64,000 nt of DNA from Eledone cirrhosa (lineage: Eukaryota): assembly GCA_964016885.1 (NCBI GenBank), contig OZ024741.1, positions 272,738,001-272,802,000 of the forward strand, written 5' to 3'. The first letter of the stretch is position 1, and each line of letters opens with the position of its first letter. A model generated the notes under the pieces. That model did not search any database, was not told the DNA's origin, and worked only from the letters and a program-made list of their open reading frames with translations. The position numbers and the translations under genes are program-made. Positions 54,301-64,000 of this stretch are shown here, in pieces.

Positions 54301-56935
54301 CGCCATAAGCAAGGGCCTGGTTACTGGAAGCTGAACGCTTCATTCCCGGCGCGCAAAGCTTACAGAGTCCGGATTAGCGAATTAGTTAAGTGTGCATTGA
54401 CGGGTGCGATCGTCATCAACAGGTGGTGGTTTACCCTGAAAAGGGCTATTTGAGTAGAATTGGTAAGGTTTAGCAAAGGAGTAATGATAGAGGAAAATAG
54501 AGTAGAGGGAGAGTTAGTTAGAAAGCTAGAAGAGGCGTTTAGGACAGGCATCGCAACCGACGTACTTGCGATGAGATTGGGCCGGATCGGACTATGGACT
54601 TCGGTGCATACCTCGATGGACCATCGCAGCTCTCAACCACCGCAGCACAGTGCTGCGAAAAGCCGATAACAGCAGGTGAAATAGGGGAAGCGATGTCTGA
54701 CTGCACAAGGGGTAAATTGCCAGGTTTGGATGGTCTGCCCTAGGAGCTTTATGCATATATGCCAGACTTGTCCGGCGACCTCTTGGCAGATGTCTACTGC
54801 AACTGGCAGCAGAACGGGAGCATTCCCAGTTTTGTGAGCCAGGGAGCGGTGGCGTTGCTGAGAAAAGATCCGAACAAGGGGGACGTTACAGACAACTTCA
54901 GGCCCATAACTCTGCTAAACGCAGAGTTTAAGATTTTGGCCAAGGTGTTAGCAAAGAGATTGGCGCTTGTCGCCGGTGATCTGGTGGGAGAGGCGCAGAC
55001 ATGCGCCATTCCGGACAGATCCATCCACGACAACCTCCATCCCATGCGATACATCATAGAGAGGGTGGTTAAGGAACCTGGAACGAGTGGGGCCCTGATC
55101 AACTTGGATCAATCTAAAGCATTTGATAGGGTCGACCATTGGTACCTGGCTGTCGTCCTTGAGGCAGCCAACTTCAGGCCCTTTTTAGGGGTTGGATCGC
55201 TGCGATGCAGAGCGACATCTGTTCGATTGTGAGGGTGAATGGTCACCTGTTGCATCCTTTCAGCATCATGCGCTCGGTCCGCCAGGATTGCCCCCTCTCG
55301 TCCCTCTTGTACGTACTGGCCCTCAAGCCGTTACTGCACAAATTGGAGATGATGAGGGGGGTCCCCTGCGAACTGGGGTGTGGGAGCTTACGCTGACGAC
55401 GTCACCATGGTGGTGTCAAGCACCAAACACAGCCAGATGCTCAGCCCGCTCTCATGGAATATGAAGCAGTGACAGGAGCAAAAATAAACCAGGAAAAGTT
55501 GGTGGGTTGCAATTCGGCACCTGGAGAGGCAAGTTCATGCCGTCCGAAGGACTGGTTGAATTGCTCAGGGTCTGGTTCGGTCGGGACCTCCAGATGAAGA
55601 AAAACTGGAGTGAGGTGATGAGCAGGGTGGCCTCTCTCACCCAGAAATGGGCCGAGAGGAGGCTGTCTCTGAAAGGTCGGGCAGAGGCGTTGAATGCGTA
55701 CATCGCGTCCATCATCTACTACCGCTTGACCGTCGTACTTTGTCCCACCCAACTCTGACCAAATTGGAGCACCTTCTCTTCCGCTTTTTGTGGAAGGGAC
55801 ATGCTCCCATGGTCAGACGATCCCTTTGCTGTCAACACCCATTGCGTGGAGGACTAGGCATGCTGTGGCTGATGATGCGCAAACATGCGCTGAGGCTGCA
55901 ACATCTCTGGTGCTTCCTTGACGGTGAACAGATGTGGTCGCCGTTTGCCAGACGCGCTTTGCCCCAGCTCATCTCCTTGATGGAGCTGCAGTTCTGGATC
56001 AGGAAAAGACCGAGGGATAGCGCTTGGAAGCTGGAATGTCTCCAAGCGCTCACCGCCCTCTACCAGCTGGGCACTTGTATCGGTGGAACATCCACCTCGG
56101 CGTTCCATAGAGGGCTAGTGGAGGGAAATAGCGACAACGTTCTCGGGGAGACCCTGGGCGTCGAAGAAGATCAGCCGTTCACTCTCTTCAAGAGAACTTT
56201 CAGACCGGGGCCTATGGACAACTTCCAGAAATCCTTGGCCTGGCAGTGCTACCGGGGAGCATTGCCGGTTCGGGATAAGCTCTACAGGTACGCTCTTGTT
56301 CAGGATTGCTGACTTGTGGAGCTATGTCGAACAGCTGGTGTCGCGTGTAGGACGGATCCGGTTATCGACTGAATCCATTGTGCAGATAGCCCCGCCATCC
56401 TCCCTTAAAGAGGAGGATGGCGGGGCAGTTTTCATCTGCCTGGTGGCCATGGCGAAAGAGATTGTGTGGTGGACAAGGTTGAAAGGGTTAAAGACAGACA
56501 CTTTCCTCTTCGGCGAATCCCTAATTAACTCTTTCAAGTTTCACTTGAAGAGGAAAATCAGGCTGGAGAGGCAAGTGCTGTCTTCTAGTAAGTTTGTTGA
56601 AAGGTGGGTAAAAGTGGCGAGTCTGGTTCGAGTGAACGGGCCCGCTCTAAGTATGCGCCTGTAGACTGAGGAGTGGGAAAACTGAGAGAGGGCGCTTGCC
56701 CTGGTGGTCAGGATGGCCGTGGTATTTTGTGTGATTTTTGCCACGAGTGACCCTCGGAGGTTTCCCCCTTTTTGGCGAATTTTTGTTGTTTGAATTTTTT
56801 TTTATTTCTATCCTGATTTCTATCTTGTTACAACCTGTTTACACGACCAAAACCCACTTTGTATCTTCCTGTACTGTTCTGTGTTGTCTCTAATGTTTTT
56901 CTTCATGTTAGCCCTTGTGGCCAATAAAGAAAGCA
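51334..56935 (+). mobile_element. Near full-length degenerate L1/Tx1-like LINE between (ATT)n tracts
   Basis: ORF1 pieces with CYLCRQKGHLRAFC; ORF2 53584-56664 with APE (INVRGL, SET, GDWN, DRVF, TDH) and RT (NFRPITLLN, DQSKAFDRV, YADD). AATAAA near 56923; (ATT)n at 51311-51333 and 56935-56982. Confidence 0.88.
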
Positions 56936-56950
56936 TTATTATTATTATCA

Positions 56951-56982
<32 letters not shown>

Positions 56983-57169
56983 GGGAGAGGGTCGGACGCC
57001 ATGCTTTGACGTATATAGTTACGGCCCTTGCCATTCTGAGTTCAAATTCCGCCGAGGTTAACTTTGCCTTTCATCCTTACGGGGTCGATAAAATAAAGTA
57101 CCAGTAATGCACTGGGTAATTGCTGGCCTTGTGCCTAACGTAGAAACAATTATTATTATTATTATTGTT

Positions 57170-58040
57170 CGAGTCTCAGTCATTGATGTTATTTAACTGG
57201 AAAGTTTGTTCAAATGAACATCAAACCGCTACCTGCAGCCTCAGATATACAGGACATATCGGAGGGTTGTTGCTGTTCCCAGCAAGCATGCCTTTTGAAG
57301 TGTTCCAAAAAAGCGGGGCTGGACTAATCTTCTTTAACCATCCTTGAAAACTCTTTGAGATAGTACCTAGTGCGCCTATGACAATCGGGACGAACTTGAT
57401 CTCATGATAGTCCCAAATTCTTTTAAATCCCACTTTAAATCCTGGTATCGGTTAATTTTCTCCTTTCCTTTTCTTGCACTCTTGTGTCAAATGGGCAGGC
57501 TACATCTACAATCAGGCACAATCTTTTTTCCTTGTCCAAAACCACCAGGTCAGGCCTATTGTGTTCTAATTTCTTTTCCGTCTGTATCCTAAAATCCCAT
57601 AGCACCTTCACCTGATCGTTTTCTATCACCGACTCTGGCTTGTGCTCATACCACTTCTCAGAATGTGGTCAATTGTTTACTTTGCATAGGTGCCAGTAGA
57701 TCACCCTGCCCATCACATCATGTCTCCAGCCTTTATAGTGAGTCTGGGCTAGGTGTTTGCACTTGGATACAATGTGAGCCAGAGTCTCCCCTCTCTCTCT
57801 CCACAGATCCTACACAGTGAGCTAGCCTCCTCCTTGTCAATATGGTGTTTCACCCACTTCATTCTGAGAGCTTGCTCTTGTGCAGCCATTATCATTCCTT
57901 CTGTAGCTTTTTTAAGTTCTCCTCTTTTTAACCAGTTCCATGTCTGTGGATATCTGAATTCCGTTTTCTTAAAGAAGGTACTATGAAGGGATTTTTTATG
58001 AAGGTTGCTCTTCTTCCTTGTTGTTATTTCCTCCTTGGCA
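57170..58040 (-). mobile_element. R4-like 3' fragment ending at (TAA)n
   Basis: AAQEQAL, CRICGE, NRPDLVV, VPIVIGALG; high similarity to 46692-47237. Confidence 0.8.
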
Positions 58041-58044
58041 GCAA

Positions 58045-58730
58045 AGCTACAGGAGAAGAATATGTTGCATAAGGAACTCAAGGATGTGAAATCACGTGTG
58101 AGGCAGAGGCTTTCTCAGATGAATGATAAGTGGTGGAGTGAGAAGGCTGATGAGATACAAGCTGCATCAGATCACAAAGCTGTTGTACAGTCTCTTGCAT
58201 GAAGTTTATGGACTATCTTCTTCTCTGGTGACACTGCTTCGCAGCAAGGATGGCAGGGAACTTCTTCGTGACTCACAAGGAATTCTGCGAAGGTGGCGAG
58301 AGCACTTTGACAAACTTTTGAATCAGCCATCTGTCGTCAATGAAGATTTCCTCAATCTCATTCCTGAAAATCCTGTGAAAGTAGCTCTCGCAGAACCACC
58401 GACGCTTGTGGAGGTTGCAGTGGCTATCTCGAAGCTGAACAGTAGAAGGTCTCCAGGTATGGATGGCATACATGCAGAGCTCTTACAATATGGTGGTGAG
58501 AGACTTCTGCAACATCTCCACGCTTTGTTTGGTAGGATATGGGCTAGTGAATCCAAACCGGATGACTGGAAAGGGTAACAAGAATGATTGTGGAAACTAC
58601 AGGGGTATATCATCGCTTTCTGTCGTAGGAAAATTTTTATTTGGGGTTCTTCTGGATCGTCTGCTGACACACATTGCAGATTGTGCTCTTCTTGAAAGTC
58701 AATATGGTTTTCATAAAATCGCTCGGTATG
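58045..58730 (+). mobile_element. RTE-like LINE internal fragment
   Basis: RWREHFDKLLN, RSPGMDGIHAELLQYGG, CGNYRGIS, ESQYGF. Confidence 0.8.
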
Positions 58731-59065
58731 CAAGTTAGGCTAATCAGCCAATGTATACTTTAAAGAATACTATTTATTCTCAAGAGTTCCATTGGGTGCC
58801 AGAAGAGAGATACACAATCTTGACAAGGGGCAATAACCCAGAAACAATATTATTGTCACTACTAGAACAAAAGGATGGCAAAGGTCATCTGAAGAATGTA
58901 GCGTAATGAGACTGTTTGCTTACAAACAAATTGAATATTATTTAGAGGGTTGGACTCCATGCTTTGCAGCAAAGAGTTACGGCTCTTTATGGTCTGAGTT
59001 CAAATCCCGCCGAGGATAACTTTGCCTTTCATCCTTACGGGGTCAATAAAATAAAGTACCAGTAA

Positions 59066-59459
59066 TCATCATCATCATCATCATTTTACGTCCACTTTTC
59101 CCTGCTTGCAAGGGTGGGACGGGAACTGATTCTGGCTTGATTTCTACAGCTGGATGCCCTTCCTAACACCAACCTCATTTACAGTGAGTGCTGGGTGCTT
59201 TTTTTTGCTGTGGCGCCTCCACGACTACTTTACAGTGAGTGCTGGGTGCTTTTTTGACGTGGCACCTCCACGACCACTTTGCAGTGGAATGATAGGGACC
59301 CCAGTCCCTATCATCTCATTTCTACAACTGAGTAAACTGGAGCAATGTGAAATAAAGTGTCTTGCTCAAGTAAACAACACATCACTCGGTCTGAGAATTG
59401 AACTCATAACCTTTCGATTGCAAGGCCAATGCTCTAACCACTAAGCCATGTGCCTCCAT
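59066..59459 (-). mobile_element. tRNA-head SINE nested in a Nin-like SINE (~58945-59530)
   Basis: Same family as 34755. The host SINE breaks at ...GTACCAGTAAT and resumes at TAATGTACTGGG. Confidence 0.85.
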
Positions 59460-60426
59460 AATGTACTGGGTAATGTACTGGGTAATGTACTGGGTAATTG
59501 CTGGCCTTGTGCCAAAAGTAGAAACAATTATTATTATCATCATCCGGTGGATTGTCAGTATCGGTAGAACGTCAGCCGCCATGCTTTTCAGCATAGAGTT
59601 ATGGCCCTTTACGTTCTGAGTTCAAATCCCGCCGAGGTTAGCTTTGGCTTTCATCCTTACGGAGTCGATAAAATAAAGTACCAGTAATGCACTGGGGTCG
59701 ATTTAATCGACTTTCCCCCCTCCCCAAATTACTGGCCTTGTGCCTATAGTAGAAACCAATATCATCATCATCATCACCATCATCATTATTATCACCGTCA
59801 TCTTTTAATGTCCATTTTGCTCGTTTGGCCATTCATATTTATGTGTGTGTATGTGTACCTATGTGTGTGTGCCCGTGCATGCGTATGTGTGTATATTAGT
59901 GTGTGTATGTGTGTCTGAGCATGTGTGTGTAAGTGTGTGTTTATGTATGTTTGTGTGCTGTTTGTATATGTATGTGTGGCCGTGTATGATTGTGTTTGTG
60001 TACGTGTGTATGTATATATGTATCTGTGTGTGCATGCAATCATATATGTGTGTGTACAAGTGCGCATGTGTATGTGTGTTTGTATGTGTGTGCTTCAGTG
60101 TGTGTAGGTGTGTGTGTGTATGCATAAGTTAGTGTGTGTGCACATGTATGTGTATGTATGTGTGTATGTGTGTATGTGTGCACATGTATGCCTATGTATG
60201 TGTGCAAGTGTGCACATGTATGTGTGTATGTGTGTCAGTGTGTGTGTATATAATTCAGTGATATTCACTGTTGTAAAAAAACAACTAATGCACCAGATTA
60301 TACAATTGGTGCTGATTGTATTTTATACAAAGGAACCACTTAAAACCCTGAATGTGTGATAATGTGTGTATTGGGTATTGAGATTTTAATTATATTGCAT
60401 GTGTACACACACACACACACATATAC

Positions 60427-60465
<39 letters not shown>

Positions 60466-60507
60466 TGTATATATATATATATATATATACATGTATATAT
60501 ATATATA

Positions 60508-61160
60508 TCATCATCATCATCATTGTTTAACGTCCATCTTCCACGCTAACATGGGTTTGGACGGGAATTGTCCCAAGATTGGTTGTCTTGCTCAGGACTG
60601 TCTGGCGGGTTTTCTACGGCTGGATGCCCTTCCTAACACCAACCACGTTTACAGTGTGGACTGGGAGGTTTTTACCGTGTTAGCTACACGGCCACATTAC
60701 AGCGTGAACTGTGTGTTTTTTGTCGTGACACCTACACGACCTCATTTATTTAGGACTGGATGTTGTGGAACCAACATAGCTTTACATCGAAAGGGGTGGT
60801 GTAGATGGCGGTGGGGGTAGAGTTAGTGGGTTGGGGGTGTATTTTGGTTAAGAGGTGCCTACTGACTGTAGGTTTCGCTTTGTACTTAGGCAAGGCGGAT
60901 CTTCTGTATTACTACGTAGCGCCAAAGATCTCGGTCCAGTGACATTGTCTTGGAGAGGTATAAGTGTGTGAGGTCAGATTTTATCAAGTCGTCCCAGGTT
61001 TTTCTGGGTCTGCCTACTCCGTAGCTACCGTCTATTTTGATCACCCTGCACTTTTTTATACAGCTGTCATCTTTCATGCGCATCATGTGACCATACCAAC
61101 GTAGTCTTCTCTCGAGTAAACAGCATCTGATCCCTCTTATTCCTAATTTTTCACTTAGTT
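60508..61160 (-). mobile_element. RTE-like LINE 3' fragment (family of 6317-9198)
   Basis: Aligns with 6317-6980; ORF 60886-61086 includes GRPRKTWDDLIKSD. Confidence 0.85.
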
Positions 61161-61183
61161 TATATATATATATATATATATAT

Positions 61184-64000
61184 ATTATGAAGAGAGAAGA
61201 AACATTTAGATATAATTAGTAATAAAATGTATCATACCTAAACTGTTCCTAAATTCCTCGACTACGTAGTTTCGTGGCATAAACAAAAACAATATATCAA
61301 AGATATAGAGTCCTTGCGAGGTCTGCCGACTTATCAAGAGGATACCTCATTTTACTAGTCTCAAGAACGCGTCTACACGACGTGAGAAAGAATCCCAAAA
61401 GGCGGAGGGGGAGATAGTCACGCGATATAACGGTCGAGAAACAGAGCTAAGCCTCTTATAACCACGAAGAAAATACCACGGAGGCGGAGGGGGTATTCAT
61501 ATCGAGGCCGTAGAAGAGGTAGTGAAGAAGGCGAGAAGTATGAGTAATGGAAGCTTTCCAGTTGTCCCCACACTTCAAAGATTGCTCGACCAGAGGGAGT
61601 TATTAATATATTTAAAAACACACAGATACATGCGGACACACACATATATACATGAATGCATCCGCACCCAACTGTGAGTTAAGGGTGCCAACTTCACCGA
61701 TGTTGCTCAATGAATGACTGGGACAGACCAATTCAGTTTGAACCAGACTGAACCAGTATCAGAGTTAAAAATACATTATGAAGAGAGAAGAAACATTTAG
61801 ATATAATTAGTAATAAAATGTATCATACCTAAACTGTTCCTAAATTCCTCGACTACGTAGTTTCGTGGCATAAACAAAAACAATATATCAAAGATATAGA
61901 GTCCTTGCGAGGTCTGCCGACTTATCAAGAGGATACCTCATTTTACTAGTCTCAAGAACGCGTCTACACGACGTGAGAAAGAATCCCAAAAGGCGGAGGG
62001 GGAGATAGTCACGCGATATAACGGTCGAGAAACAGAGCTAAGCCTCTTATAACCACGAAGAAAATACCACGGAGGCGGAGGGGGTATTCATATCGAGGCC
62101 GTAGAAGAGGTAGTGAAGAAGGCGAGAAGTATGAGTAATGGAAGCTTTCCAGTTGTCCCCACACTTCAAAGATTGCTCGACCAGAGGGAGTTATTAATAT
62201 ATTTAAAAACACACAGATACATGCGGACACACACATATATACATGAATGCATCCGCACCCAACTGTGAGTTAAGGGTGCCAACTTCACCGATGTTGCTCA
62301 ATGAATGACTGGGACAGACCAATTCAGTTTGAACCAGACTGAACCAGTATCAGAGTTAAAAATACATTATGAAGAGATATGAATACCCCCTCCGCCTCCG
62401 TGGTATTTTCTTCGTGGTTATAAGAGGCTTAGCTCTGTTTCTCGACCGTTATATCGCGTGACTATCTCCCCCTCCGCCTTTTGGGATTCTTTCTCACGTC
62501 GTGTAGACGCGTTCTTGAGACTAGTAAAATGAGGTATCCTCTTGATAAGTCGGCAGACCTCGCAAGGACTCTATATCTTTGATATATTGTTTTTGTTTAT
62601 GCCACGAAACTACGTAGTCGAGGAATTTAGGAACAGTTTAGGTATGATACATTTTATTACTAATTATATCTAAATGTTTCTTCTCTCTTCATAATGTATT
62701 TTTAACTCTGATACTGGTTCAGTCTGGTTCAAACTGAATTGGTCTGTCCCAGTCATTCATTGAGCAACATCGGTGAAGTTGGCACCCTTAACTCACAGTT
62801 GGGTGCGGATGCATTCATGTATATATGTGTGTGTCCGCATGTATCTGTGTGTTTTTAAATATATTAATAACTCCCTCTGGTCGAGCAATCTTTGAAGTGT
62901 GGGGACAACTGGAAAGCTTCCATTACTCATACTTCTCGCCTTCTTCACTACCTCTTCTACGGCCTCGATATGAATACCCCCTCCGCCTCCGTGGTATTTT
63001 CTTCGTGGTTATAAGAGGCTTAGCTCTGTTTCTCGACCGTTATATCGCGTGACTATCTCCCCCTCCGCCTTTTGGGATTCTTTCTCACGTCGTGTAGACG
63101 CGTTCTTGAGACTAGTAAAATGAGGTATCCTCTTGATAAGTCGGCAGACCTCGCAAGGACTCTATATCTTTGATATATTGTTTTTGTTTATGCCACGAAA
63201 CTACGTAGTCGAGGAATTTAGGAACAGTTTAGGTATGATACATTTTATTACTAATTATATCTAAATGTTTCTTCTCTCTTCATAATGTATTTTTAACTCT
63301 GATACTGGTTCAGTCTGGTTCAAACTGAATTGGTCTGTCCCAGTCATTCATTGAGCAACATCGGTGAAGTTGGCACCCTTAACTCACAGTTGGGTGCGGA
63401 TGCATTCATGTATATATGTGTGTGTCCGCATGTATCTGTGTGTTTTTAAATATATTAATAACTCCCTCTGGTCGAGCAATCTTTGAAGTGTGGGGACAAC
63501 TGGAAAGCTTCCATTACTCATACTTCTCGCCTTCTTCACTACCTCTTCTACGGCCTCGATATGAATACCCCCTCCGCCTCCGTGGTATTTTCTTCGTGGT
63601 TATAAGAGGCTTAGCTCTGTTTCTCGACCGTTATATCGCGTGACTATCTCCCCCTCCGCCTTTTGGGATTCTTTCTCACGTCGTGTAGACGCGTTCTTGA
63701 GACTAGTAAAATGAGGTATCCTCTTGATAAGTCGGCAGACCTCGCAAGGACTCTATATCTTTGATATATTGTTTTTGTTTATGCCACGAAACTACGTAGT
63801 CGAGGAATTTAGGAACAGTTTAGGTATGATACATTTTATTACTAATTATATCTAAATGTTTCTTCTCTCTTCATAATGTATTTTTAACTCTGATACTGGT
63901 TCAGTCTGGTTCAAACTGAATTGGTCTGTCCCAGTCATTCATTGAGCAACATCGGTGAAGTTGGCACCCTTAACTCACAGTTGGGTGCGGATGCATTCAT
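61184..64000. mobile_element. 591-bp tandem array with internal inversion (2 units on -, at least 2.75 units on +); retrozyme- or pLTR-like
   Basis: Unit starts at 61184, 61775 and 62366 (left arm) and 62376, 62967 and 63558 (right arm, reverse complement). Copies look identical; the left end abuts (TA)n. Confidence 0.9.
62537..62624 (+). ncRNA. Type I hammerhead ribozyme, U3-A8 core variant (copies 63128-63215 and 63719-63806 on +; 61255-61342 and 61846-61933 on -)
   Basis: Stem I TCCTC/GAGGA; core TTGATAA; stem II GT(C)GGCA/TGCCAC; GAAA; stem III palindrome ACTACGTAGT; GUC cleavage site after 62619. Confidence 0.8.

Noticed and set aside
61418-63643. 75-aa ORF in each 591-bp unit, and a possible endless rolling-circle ORF since 591 is divisible by 3
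   Set aside because: No recognisable motif, it starts in a TG repeat, and the ORF track shows no frame open through a whole unit.

Overview
Repeat-rich animal genomic DNA. The SINE/LINE complement and (TA)n/(CA)n load suggest a coleoid cephalopod, probably an octopus (inference). Most long ORFs in the track are artefacts of satellites and microsatellites. One host gene is visible: five small + strand exons (9786-32660) that splice in frame into the C-terminal half of a DEG/ENaC/ASIC-type ion channel ending in the GGQMGLFLGAS TM2 motif. The rest is a 15-bp satellite (1-5372) plus nested mobile elements: RTE-, CRE-, R4/Dong- and Tx1/L1-like LINEs, a Penelope-like (Naiad-type) RT+GIY-YIG element, a Tigger/pogo element, a DD37D maT element, several MITEs and tRNA-derived SINEs. 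The most striking unannotated signal is a set of hammerhead-ribozyme (HHR) folds in about seven sequence-distinct non-coding inserts, all beside (TA)n tracts and mostly in fold-back or tandem form. The best example is a very young array of apparently identical 591-bp units with an internal inversion (61184-64000). Each unit carries one type I hammerhead with a compensatory U3-A8 core, a palindromic stem III and a candidate pseudoknot, which points to a retrozyme-like or circular-RNA mobile system. All folds were read by eye and none was computed or tested.
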